Assembly: GCA_945882015.1 (NCBI GenBank)
Contig: CAMCVM010000001.1
Coordinates: forward strand, 76,763-140,762
Direction of reading: 5' to 3'
DNA length: 64,000 nucleotides
Source: a candidate division TM6 bacterium GW2011_GWF2_32_72
GTDB lineage: Bacteria; Babelota; Babeliae; Babelales; CAIQNR01
In this document: in pieces, positions 46,945-60,049 of the stretch
How the letters are laid out: each line of letters opens with the position of its first letter
How positions within the stretch are numbered: the stretch's first letter is position 1
Translations under genes and position numbers: made by a program
The notes under the pieces: model-generated
What the model was told of the DNA's origin: nothing
What the model saw: only the letters and a program-made list of their open reading frames with translations
Databases searched by the model: none

Positions 46945-47047
46945 AAACTTTTCAAAATTTTTCTTGCGAAAGAAATGCTTGTGTTATTTTCTGAAGATAG
47001 TTGATAAGAAACTGTATACTCGTTATTCAATTTCAACAAATATTAGC

Positions 47048-50055
<3,008 letters not shown>

Positions 50056-50218
50056 CAAAACGTTGAAATTTAGTAAAGTTGTATTAGTTTTCTATCTATT
50101 TTCAGATTTATAAACACAAACATTTCAAAGATCACAAGAATTTTTAGTCTCTGTTGAACTATAATGTACAGAAAAATATTATTTTTTTATTACTTACTCA
50201 TCAATAACCACCAAAGTC

Positions 50219-50294
50219 TGGTGGAGATGAGCGGATTCGAACCGCTGGCCTTCTGCGTGCAAGGCAGACGCTCTACCAACTGAGCTACATCCCC
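50219..50294 (-). tRNA. tRNA-Ala (anticodon UGC), in ITS, CCA encoded
   Basis: Reverse complement GGGGATGTAGCTCAGTTGGTAGAGCGTCTGCCTTGCACGCAGA...GGTTCGAATCC...ATCTCCACCA (G3-U70 present). Confidence 0.9.
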
Positions 50295-50371
50295 TCAATC
50301 TTTTTATTTGAAAATGACACATTCAATCAACATTTACATTTACTCACCACATTTACCAAATTAAGGTAAAC

Positions 50372-50448
50372 TGGTGGGCCTAAGTCGACTCGAACGACTG
50401 ACCCCTCCGTTATCAACAGAGTGCTCTAACCAACTGAGCTATAGGCCC
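50372..50448 (-). tRNA. tRNA-Ile (anticodon GAU), in ITS, CCA encoded
   Basis: Reverse complement GGGCCTATAGCTCAGTTGGTTAGAGCACTCTGTTGATAACGGAG...CGTTCGAGTCG...TAGGCCCACCA. Confidence 0.9.
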
Positions 50449-50571
50449 GTCATTTTCAAAAAATTATTGTTGCCATCTCTTTTTTAAAGATGGCCCACAG
50501 AGTGATGTTACTAATAAACCACACACACCTTATAAACTAACATTAAATAGTCAGTTTGGATATCTCCCTCG

Positions 50572-52112
<1,541 letters not shown>

Positions 52113-52274
52113 TAAATTTATATTCAAATAAATCTAATCAAATTACGTGGGTCTACTTAGTTCCATCACTTACTGTGGACTAATTTTTATGAATTTTCTG
52201 TACATTTCAAAGAGCTCGAATTTTTTTCTTAACTCGGTTCGTTTAAGCAACGTTTTAAGTTAAAAGTAATACCA

Positions 52275-52325
52275 ATTATACAGTTACAAGGAGCACTGTC
52301 AAATTTTTTTTTAAACTTTTTTTAT
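52275..52325 (-). promoter_or_regulatory. rRNA operon promoter with A/T-rich UP-like element
   Basis: On the minus strand: TTGACA (52302-52297), 16-nt spacer, TATAAT (52280-52275), preceded by AAAAAAAGTTTAAAAAAAAAT; ~155 nt upstream of the 16S 5' end. Confidence 0.7.
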
Positions 52326-52746
52326 ATTTTTTTATATTTATTGAATTTAAGCTTAAATTACATTCTTTTTTCCCTTATTTTTATAGCAAATGAATGTCAT
52401 TTTTATGTTATTTCAAAAATATTTATAAATTATTTTATAGACTTTACATGATTGAACTTGTTAAAAAAGTTAGATTACTACTTAAATAAGTTCAGAAATT
52501 TATTCTCTTGGTTTAATTACAGTCACAGCTTCAACTTCTACTCTTGAAGAAAAAGAAGATTAAAATCCAACAACAAACATTAAAGGACCAGCAAGAGAAA
52601 GAAATAAACTTAATTTTAAAGAAGGCGCTGATTTTATTATTCCTCATGATATACAAAATAGGAATTGGGCTGAAAGTGTGGCGGCCTCATGAAATAATAG
52701 ACTGGATTTTAAATAAATATTGATTCCATTGGAGCAAAACAAAAGA

Positions 52747-53337
52747 TTAAAGCTTACAGCTTTGACCAAACAGCTCTTTTTTAATCATTAAAGTCAGCTG
52801 TTCAAGCGCAGTATCAAAATTGTCATTAACTATATGATACTTATAAAGCTGTTCATCTTGTTCTTGTTTAATCTCAAGAGCTGCCTTTTGTAATCTACCT
52901 TTAATAAGACTTGCCCCATCTCCCCTTGCAAGTAACCGCTTTTCAAGTTCTTCAATACTTGGAGGGTTAATCCAAATCAAAATAGCTTGCGGATACGTTT
53001 GCAAAACATCTTTTGCACCTGGCCGATCAAGGACCATTACATAAGAGATACCTTCTTTTAAACTTTTTAAGGTAGAAAGTGGAGAACCATAATAATGATC
53101 ATACCAGGTTGACCATTCTATAAAGAAATTCTCTTCGATTTTTTCTTTAAACTGATCTATTGATATAAAATGATAATCTTTACCATCAATTTCCCCTTGA
53201 CGAGGTGGCCGAGTAGTATAGGTAATAGTTTGCTTAAGAACAGATTGCAAAGCGGTATCTTTTAAAATTGCTTGTACTAATGTTGTCTTGCCTGAACCGG
53301 ATGGAGCTGAAATAACAAATAATTTACCAAATGACAT
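52747..53337 (-). CDS. gmk: Guanylate kinase
   Basis: VISAPSGSGKTTLV, TTRPPRQGEIDGKDYHF. Confidence 0.9.
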   Translation of the reverse strand: MSFGKLFVISAPSGSGKTTLVQAILKDTALQSVLKQTITYTTRPPRQGEIDGKDYHFISIDQFKEKIEENFFIEWSTWYDHYYGSPLSTLKSLKEGISYVMVLDRPGAKDVLQTYPQAILIWINPPSIEELEKRLLARGDGASLIKGRLQKAALEIKQEQDEQLYKYHIVNDNFDTALEQLTLMIKKELFGQSCKL

Positions 53338-53481
53338 ACTCTATCTCCTATAATTTGCAGTTACCTTACCATAAGAATTTTAAGCTGCCAAACAGATAAT
53401 AATTAAAAAATCTTTAAAGATGATGTTTAACTCTGTTACTCTATAAAAAGAAGAAGGTTTAAAAATGGGGAGAGAAAAAGT

Positions 53482-53937
53482 ATGAAAAGCCTAAGATTTC
53501 TTTTTTTGTTGTTTATTGTTGTATCATATAGTTACACAACCAATCACCGACCAATTACTTTTATTATTAACAACAACACAGACAAAACACTTGAACTGAT
53601 TTTAGAATATAAAATTGACCAATATTACCAACATCCAACAAAAGCAGAAACTCCATTTACTCCTTATTATATGCAAGTACATTATATCCCTACTATTCAA
53701 CCAGGAAAACAAGTAACGATTGCTGACTCTATGCGTAACTGTTTACCGTCTTTTTGTTCTCTTGATGGTAGTTTAAAAAAATATGGGTTTGTCCATGCTT
53801 ACAAAATGATCAATGCCAATGTTGCCGTGCAAGACTATAACTATTCATTTGACTTTAAAGAAACTGTTACTGATAACAGTGTCATAACCATTAACTTACA
53901 TCCTTATAAAAAAGCTACTTTATTAGTAACAAGCTGA
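53482..53937 (+). CDS. Secreted hypothetical protein
   Basis: MKSLRFLFLLFIVVSYSYT signal; no family recognised. Confidence 0.5.
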   Translation: MKSLRFLFLLFIVVSYSYTTNHRPITFIINNNTDKTLELILEYKIDQYYQHPTKAETPFTPYYMQVHYIPTIQPGKQVTIADSMRNCLPSFCSLDGSLKKYGFVHAYKMINANVAVQDYNYSFDFKETVTDNSVITINLHPYKKATLLVTS

Positions 53938-54002
53938 CTTTTAAGAAATTGCATGATTTTTTAAAGCCGGTATGCTTGGCACTATACTAAGAAAGACCTA
54001 TT

Positions 54003-55079
54003 ATGCTTATTGATGATCTACAAGAACAGCTGAAAAAACTTGAACCTGACATTGCTACCATTAAAACGTTTTGGGCCAATGCTGATTTTGAAACAAACTA
54101 TCAAAAACTCAATACAGAAAGCCAAGCGGAAGATTTTTGGCAAAATCCCAATCAAATAGAAATTGCAAAAGAACTGCAAGCAATAAAACTGCAGCGTGAA
54201 ATGTATCAAACGATTACCCAAGGGTTTGTTGATACACAAGAAATGTTAAGTCTGTTTGCAAATGATGAAGTTGAATTACAAAAACTTGCTCAAGAAATTC
54301 GCAAATTCGCTGGACAAGTAAGAACTTTTAAAATTCAACTGTTGTTGAATGAACCTGATGATAAATCAAACTGCTTTGTAAGCGTCAACTCTGGAGCTGG
54401 CGGAACCGAGTCACAAGATTGGGCAGAAATGCTCTGTCGAATGTATATTCGTTTTTGTGAACGGGAAGGTTTTAATGCTTCTATTATTGATTACCAAGTT
54501 GGTGAAGAAGCAGGCATGAAAAGCGCTACTTTATTTGTAAAAGGTAAAAATGCATTTGGATTTCTAAAAAGTGAGCATGGTATTCATCGCTTAGTCAGAA
54601 TTTCTCCGTATGATTCTAATAAACGGCGTCACACCTCTTTTGCTGGAGTGCATGTAGTACCCGAAACTCCTGATATTGAAATCACCATTGACCCGAACGA
54701 TTTGCGTATTGACACCTATCGAGCTGGCGGAGCGGGCGGACAACATGTTAACAAAACAGATTCAGCAGTCAGAATAACTCATTTGCCTACCAAATTAGTA
54801 ACACAATGCCAAAGTGAACGTTCTCAATTACAGAATAAAGAAACAGCAATGAAGATGCTGAAAGCAAAACTTGCTCAAAAATCTAAAGAAGAACAACTTG
54901 CCAAAATGTCTGGTATTGAAAAAAAGAAAATTGAGTGGGGATCGCAAATTAGATCTTATGTCCTGCATCCTTATAAGATGGTAAAAGATCACCGTACCGA
55001 TTTTGAATCACCACAACCTGACTTGGTGCTTGATGGGGACTTAATTGAGTTTATTGAAAACTATTTGGTTAAAGTCTAA
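54003..55079 (+). CDS. prfB: Peptide chain release factor 2 (single uninterrupted frame)
   Basis: GIHRLVRISPYDSNKRRHTSFAGV (RF2-type loop), GGAGGQHVNKTDSAVRITHLPT (GGQ); N-terminus collinear with E. coli RF2 residues 1-50 without a frameshift. Confidence 0.9.
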   Translation: MLIDDLQEQLKKLEPDIATIKTFWANADFETNYQKLNTESQAEDFWQNPNQIEIAKELQAIKLQREMYQTITQGFVDTQEMLSLFANDEVELQKLAQEIRKFAGQVRTFKIQLLLNEPDDKSNCFVSVNSGAGGTESQDWAEMLCRMYIRFCEREGFNASIIDYQVGEEAGMKSATLFVKGKNAFGFLKSEHGIHRLVRISPYDSNKRRHTSFAGVHVVPETPDIEITIDPNDLRIDTYRAGGAGGQHVNKTDSAVRITHLPTKLVTQCQSERSQLQNKETAMKMLKAKLAQKSKEEQLAKMSGIEKKKIEWGSQIRSYVLHPYKMVKDHRTDFESPQPDLVLDGDLIEFIENYLVKV

Positions 55080-55824
55080 ATTTGTAATCATTATCTGCTC
55101 TTATAATAATGAACAGTGGGTTACACAAAATCTTGATTCAGTATTTAATCAAACCTATACCAATTATAGAGTCATCTATATTAATGATAATTCAATTGAC
55201 CAGACCGGTCAGTTAGTTAATGAATATATTTTCAAGAAACAGCTGACTGAGCGATGTACCGTTATTCATAATCAAGAACGCCACTATAAACTACACAATA
55301 TGTATCATGCAATTCATGAACTGTGCCAAAACGGTGAAATTATTGTCGAACTTGATGGTGACGATTGGTTATTAACGCCCGATGTATTAGAAAAACTAGC
55401 GACCATTTATCATGATGGGTCTGTATGGCTTACCTATGGTGGCTTTGTCATGTGGCCAAAAACATTTAACTATCTTGTTGCACAAACCATTCCAGAGAAG
55501 ATTATTGAACATAATGAATTTCGCTCGTTTTTCAAACACAACTTTATCTATTTAGCATTGCGCAGCTTTTATGCCGGACTTTTTAAAAGAATCAAAAAAG
55601 AAGATTTGCAAATTGGTGGCACTTTTTTTAAACAATGCTCTGATATTGCCACTATGATTCCCATGTTTGAAATGGCGGGCAATCGATTTTACCAGATTAC
55701 CGAGCCTCTCTATCTTTATAATACCAACACCGGCAATAATGATTACCAACTGTATCATCAACAACAACGGTTTATTGCTGATATCATTGAAGGGAAAGAA
55801 AAGTATAAACCATTACCGCAATAA
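55045..55824 (+). CDS. Glycosyltransferase family 2
   Basis: FVIIICSYNNEQWVTQNLDSVFNQTYTNYRVIYINDNSIDQT, ELDGDDWL (DxD). No in-frame ATG near the 5' end; a TTG start at 55045 or 55054 lies inside prfB, so the exact start is uncertain. Confidence 0.7.
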   Translation: MSLLKTIWLKSKFVIIICSYNNEQWVTQNLDSVFNQTYTNYRVIYINDNSIDQTGQLVNEYIFKKQLTERCTVIHNQERHYKLHNMYHAIHELCQNGEIIVELDGDDWLLTPDVLEKLATIYHDGSVWLTYGGFVMWPKTFNYLVAQTIPEKIIEHNEFRSFFKHNFIYLALRSFYAGLFKRIKKEDLQIGGTFFKQCSDIATMIPMFEMAGNRFYQITEPLYLYNTNTGNNDYQLYHQQQRFIADIIEGKEKYKPLPQ

Positions 55825-57135
55825 TTTGTGTGTTTCCTGTTTATACAATTCAACCTGTGGTTGGTCAAATGGATTAACCTGCATCAAATGTGCCAAGTAG
55901 ATAGTTTCAATCATTTTCAGTTGCATGAATTGACCAAGACAATAAGCATTTTTTTCTGGAAAAATTAGTGAACAAAAGGGCAGCCCATTATTCTGATACG
56001 CTTTCTTGGTGCCTTCAACTGTTGCATGCATAAGCGTGGTAAAGCTTTTTTGTTGTAAATGGCTAAACTGTTGTTGAAATTGCGGCAATAAAGGCACAAC
56101 CTGTTCATGCTGATTATGTGCAACGGTTACAAACGTTGTAAACTTGTCACGCGGCCCACCTAAATAGAGTTGCGTAACCGAATGTAAATCAGCAGTGCCG
56201 ATTGAAACTGTTGGTGTAATGCCCGCATTAATTACGTGGCCCTGCATATTACATGCTTTGCCTAAACTTTCAGCAAGCAACTGTCTATTCCATTGACCAA
56301 TTCCTTCAAGGTCCACTGCAAATAAAAATAGATCATGCATTGCATACCCATTACGGTAATGTATAAAATTAATCAATGCACTTAATGCTGCAGGATTAGT
56401 ATGTAAATCGGTTTGTAAACAGTCAGTTACCATATCAGCCGCACCGCACAATAAAGCTTTTGTATCAACTGAAAGCATCATCAATGGAAAAAGGCCAACC
56501 GCAGAAAAAACTGAATAACGACCACCAACCTGTTTTGGAATTTCTAATAATGCAAACTGTTCTTGTTGTGCAATGCGCCACAGTACCGAATCTTTGTCCG
56601 TGGTGACCACCACATACTCTTGATAGGTTGTGGGCAAATATTCTTGCAACACTGCTAATAACACCTGAAAGTTTGCAATCGTTTCGGTGGTAGTGCCTGA
56701 TTTGGTGATTACATTTAAAAGAACTTTTTGCCCTTTTTGTAATGTTTGCTCAACTACGGCAACTAATTGAACCATATAATCTGCATCAACCGTTTGTGCA
56801 TAATAGACACGCAGACTCTTATTCAGATGGGCAAAACTACCACAGAGTGCCTGGTCGATTGCTTTTGCACCTAAACAAGAACCACCGATACCTATTACAA
56901 TTAGTACCGCTGGTTGTAAAGCCTGTTTTTGCAGTACTAATGTTTCTACCGTTGCAAACGTAGCCGCATCATCTACCAGATTCAGTAAAGCATAAGGCGT
57001 TGCATACTGTTGTTGCCGCGCTTTGCGTAATGTTTCTATTGCTGAACCAAGATTATGTTCAACTGCTACTTTTTCAAGCTCGGTAAAAGTAAGGCGCGCA
57101 GTGTCTTGATATAAAAATTGTAATGATTGTTTCAC
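55813..57135 (-). CDS. pgi: Glucose-6-phosphate isomerase (short bacterial type)
   Basis: GTG start after GGAAGGG; VIGIGGSCLGAKA, TKSGTTTET, GGRYSVFSAVG; 3' end overlaps the convergent GT2 gene by 12 nt. Confidence 0.85.
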   Translation of the reverse strand: MKQSLQFLYQDTARLTFTELEKVAVEHNLGSAIETLRKARQQQYATPYALLNLVDDAATFATVETLVLQKQALQPAVLIVIGIGGSCLGAKAIDQALCGSFAHLNKSLRVYYAQTVDADYMVQLVAVVEQTLQKGQKVLLNVITKSGTTTETIANFQVLLAVLQEYLPTTYQEYVVVTTDKDSVLWRIAQQEQFALLEIPKQVGGRYSVFSAVGLFPLMMLSVDTKALLCGAADMVTDCLQTDLHTNPAALSALINFIHYRNGYAMHDLFLFAVDLEGIGQWNRQLLAESLGKACNMQGHVINAGITPTVSIGTADLHSVTQLYLGGPRDKFTTFVTVAHNQHEQVVPLLPQFQQQFSHLQQKSFTTLMHATVEGTKKAYQNNGLPFCSLIFPEKNAYCLGQFMQLKMIETIYLAHLMQVNPFDQPQVELYKQETHKLLR

Positions 57136-57162
57136 AAAGGCCCTTCCAAGTTGTCATACTGA

Positions 57163-58749
57163 CTAAAACAGAATCTTACACAACATTGCCAAAGCGTTTG
57201 CTGCATAAATTCCAGAGCACAGTGGTTCATAGCTTTCTTTATCTTTAACTAAATAAGAAAGCGAACCTCCTGCTATTAAACTTAATGATAAAGAAAGTGG
57301 CATTAATAAACCACCAATTGCAAGCATTGGATGAATATTACATTTTTTAAGTACTAAACCAAAAAGAACCCCTAAACCAAGTACATAATAATTAAACTGT
57401 CCTGCTTGCACCAATAAAGCGCGTGCTTGAGGCCGTTGTGCAAAAAGTTGGGCAGAACCCAGTTCAAACCGAGTAATTAAAAGATAAAAAACAATGGCAA
57501 CGGTTAAAGATGCAACTACGATTGCAAGCAGTTGATACCAGATTAATTTTTGTGTATCTGTTTTGCCAAGCTGTGCAGTTTTAAGTCCAAATAATATTTC
57601 GGTACTGACTCCGCTAACCAGTTCAACAAAGGTTGCTACCAAGGTAATTTGCAGCGGATTAAATGTAAAAAATAAAAGACCAGGAACCATCACAAATGTT
57701 GCAAAACGACCAAGCAAAGCAAGCCCAATTTTTCCTGCAATTTGACTAATTTGATACGCACAAATTGCAGTTGCAAGAACAAGATACAGTTGCGCAATCA
57801 AAGAAAATTGACACCATGACAACAACCCAATCAATAAACCTATTAATAATACTGGCTTTACTGAGAGCAAAGATACAACATTATGCTGCTGACCTGTTTG
57901 TCTTTGTGCCATCCAACGCATGGCCACTTTGTAACAATCTTGTATAAATCTGACAATTCCTGAAAATGCGCCAGAAAGTACTATTCCAGAACATAGTGCA
58001 AAGGTAAAATCAATGGTTGAAAGATCTTTAAAATAAAGAGTATGAAGAGGATCGGTAATAAAAATTTTTGCACAAGTGCCAATTAATAATGGTACGGTAA
58101 TCATTGCTCCAGCGATAAATCCAATAGAGAGCAGCATCGGCATAATGACTAAATCAAATTGCAAAGCGGGAAATGAAAATAATGAAACGGTAGTTTTTTC
58201 CCACAATTTCAATGTTGGTGCAATTAAATAATTTCCAAAAAAAATCTTTGCTTGTAATATCGCGTAGCCAAATCCAGCAGCAAGACCAATCAGCAGTTGT
58301 CTCATTTTATCTGATTGTGCTGAATCGATAATTTTGTATACTAGCTGCCCAATTGGGAAAGCCAGCTGCTGTTCGATAAGTAATGTATTTTGAAATTGAT
58401 ACGCAAGGTACAAACCAAAAAAACCACTGATACAACAAAACATTGATAAAAAACTAATAAAGTAATATTGATTACTCAACAACTGCGAAAAAGCGGCTGC
58501 ATCAAGAAAATAAAAGGTAGGAAATGAAAAACTAATTGCTGTTGCCATAATACCACCAACTGAACCAGCTGCAACAGAATAGATCATAGCGTCTCGATTA
58601 TTACACAATGGAGCAAAAAATACTAACGAAAACAGTGCTAACGTTGGTCCTATCCATGGACCAATAGGAGTGGCTAAAGCAACATACGTAATTACCGATG
58701 ATGAAAAAACACTTAATATAATAGTCCAAATAATTGTTTTGTAATTCAT
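57163..58749 (-). CDS. Polytopic membrane transporter, possibly OPT (oligopeptide transporter) superfamily
   Basis: 528 aa with more than 12 hydrophobic segments; LAFPIGQLVYKII resembles the OPT L-x-FPSG-x-A motif; assignment tentative. Confidence 0.4.
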   Translation of the reverse strand: MNYKTIIWTIILSVFSSSVITYVALATPIGPWIGPTLALFSLVFFAPLCNNRDAMIYSVAAGSVGGIMATAISFSFPTFYFLDAAAFSQLLSNQYYFISFLSMFCCISGFFGLYLAYQFQNTLLIEQQLAFPIGQLVYKIIDSAQSDKMRQLLIGLAAGFGYAILQAKIFFGNYLIAPTLKLWEKTTVSLFSFPALQFDLVIMPMLLSIGFIAGAMITVPLLIGTCAKIFITDPLHTLYFKDLSTIDFTFALCSGIVLSGAFSGIVRFIQDCYKVAMRWMAQRQTGQQHNVVSLLSVKPVLLIGLLIGLLSWCQFSLIAQLYLVLATAICAYQISQIAGKIGLALLGRFATFVMVPGLLFFTFNPLQITLVATFVELVSGVSTEILFGLKTAQLGKTDTQKLIWYQLLAIVVASLTVAIVFYLLITRFELGSAQLFAQRPQARALLVQAGQFNYYVLGLGVLFGLVLKKCNIHPMLAIGGLLMPLSLSLSLIAGGSLSYLVKDKESYEPLCSGIYAANALAMLCKILF

Positions 58750-58815
58750 AGAACATCAATTCTTATTTTAAAGTAATACAAATATTAGCTGTACTGTATC
58801 ACAAAAGAATTAAGA

Positions 58816-59160
58816 TTACACTGAAAAAGAATTTGATTTAATACCAGATAAAAAATGAAAATGAAGATGCAAAACAGATTGCCCAACAGCCGGTCCGTTA
58901 TTTGCAATCAATTTAAATTGACGAGCGTTTGGTAGAGTTTGCGAAAGCTGTTGCGCCATAAACAATATATCAGCTACACAATCTCTGTCTTTAGGTTGTA
59001 TATGGGTAAGATCAGCAACATGTTTTTTAGGAATAATTAAATAATGTAAAGGTGCTTGAGGATGAATATCTTTAATAACAAATACAGTATCGTTTTGAGC
59101 AATAATGGTTGCAGGAATTTCTTGATTTAAAATTTTACAGAAAACACAGTTGCTTGACAT
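58816..59160 (-). CDS. HIT-family (histidine triad) protein
   Basis: CVFCKILNQEIPA..., HLHFHFL triad. Confidence 0.85.
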   Translation of the reverse strand: MSSNCVFCKILNQEIPATIIAQNDTVFVIKDIHPQAPLHYLIIPKKHVADLTHIQPKDRDCVADILFMAQQLSQTLPNARQFKLIANNGPAVGQSVLHLHFHFLSGIKSNSFSV

Positions 59161-59181
59161 GGTTGCCTTTCTGAAAAAATA

Positions 59182-59255
59182 TGCGCCCGAGAGGAGTCGA
59201 ACCTTTAACCTTCAGATCCGTAGTCTGACGCTCTATCCAATTGAGCTACGGGCGC
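59182..59255 (-). tRNA. tRNA-Arg (anticodon ACG), CCA not encoded
   Basis: Reverse complement GCGCCCGTAGCTCAATTGGATAGAGCGTCAGACTACGGATCTGA AGGTT AAAGGTTCGACTCCTCT CGGGCGCA. Confidence 0.85.
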
Positions 59256-59415
59256 GTAATTAAAATAAAGTATAAAGGCCCCAAACAAGCCTGTCAAATT
59301 AGAATGCATCGCTTATTATTACCTAATAAGCAATTTAAAGTTTTTATCAAAATGGTATATTCAAAAAAGCTCTCGGGCTTACAGTCATTAAAAAGCTTAC
59401 TATGATAGGTCAAAC

Positions 59416-59880
59416 ATGCTTAACGCAGCCAATTCATGCTACCTGCTTCTGCTTTCTTTAAGTACATTTTGTATTCTATTATTGATAAGACAACGTTTTA
59501 TTCAGCAAAAAAAGTATATTTTTTTATTTCACACTGGTCTTTTTATAGTAGCTCTTATCAGCATTTGGGTAGGAGGAGGAGTTCTCAATGATGCCTATCA
59601 AAGATTTGAAACATTCACAGAGCTTGAAGAAACTGGCCAACTAGAAACAGCTCGAGCTCATCCTGAAAGCTATGACTCGATGTTGCAGATTGATTTTATA
59701 GCATTTAAAAATTCAACTGAATTTAAAAAGTACCTGAAAAAAAGTGATGCTTTCATTGATCAAGCTGTTGCGATAGGCTTAGGTTGGCTTGTTGTTTTAT
59801 TCAGTGAAGTAATACTACTTTTGATTAAGCTTATTACTGCCATAAAACGTAGAAAAAAGGGATCCTTTTCAAAAAGATAA
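59416..59880 (+). CDS. Membrane protein, hypothetical
   Basis: 154 aa; two N-terminal and one C-terminal hydrophobic helix around an acidic soluble segment. Confidence 0.45.
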   Translation: MLNAANSCYLLLLSLSTFCILLLIRQRFIQQKKYIFLFHTGLFIVALISIWVGGGVLNDAYQRFETFTELEETGQLETARAHPESYDSMLQIDFIAFKNSTEFKKYLKKSDAFIDQAVAIGLGWLVVLFSEVILLLIKLITAIKRRKKGSFSKR

Positions 59881-59895
59881 TGGAATAACCCTTTT

Positions 59896-59940
59896 TTATC
59901 TGCAATTTGTTTGCATAATAAAGAAGAAAATTGCAGATAA
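59896..59940. repeat. Perfect 12-bp inverted repeat with 21-nt spacer
   Basis: TTATCTGCAATT (59896-59907) / AATTGCAGATAA (59929-59940), 16 nt after the stop of the upstream gene. Confidence 0.8.
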
Positions 59941-59986
59941 ATTATCGGTAAATTTAAAAATAAGCTCGATAAGATAATTCAAACTA

Positions 59987-60044
59987 TTGACTAAGAAAAG
60001 ATAGCGATTTATCTTTTCTTAACGGAAACTCTTAAGAAAAGATA
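59987..60044 (+). promoter_or_regulatory. Candidate fic promoter overlapped by a palindromic operator plus a third half-site
   Basis: TTGACT (59987-59992), 17 nt, TATCTT (60010-60015). TAAGAAAAGATA (59992-60003) and its inverted copy TATCTTTTCTTA (60010-60021); direct copy TAAGAAAAGATA at 60033-60044, 5 nt before the ATG. Confidence 0.45.
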
Positions 60045-60049
60045 AATCT

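Noticed and set aside
53972-54013. Upstream mini-ORF (MLGTILRKTYYAY-TGA) that could join prfB by a +1 shift at TAT TGA T
   Set aside because: The canonical RF2 frameshift site lies near codon 25 and has a CUU UGA C context with an internal SD. Here the main ORF already contains the full collinear N-terminus from its own ATG at 54003, so the mini-ORF is probably coincidental.
59311-59331. 8-bp hairpin GCTTATTA-TTACC-TAATAAGC upstream of the membrane-protein gene
   Set aside because: It is an AT-rich short stem and no upstream gene reads into it on either strand, so it is likely fortuitous.
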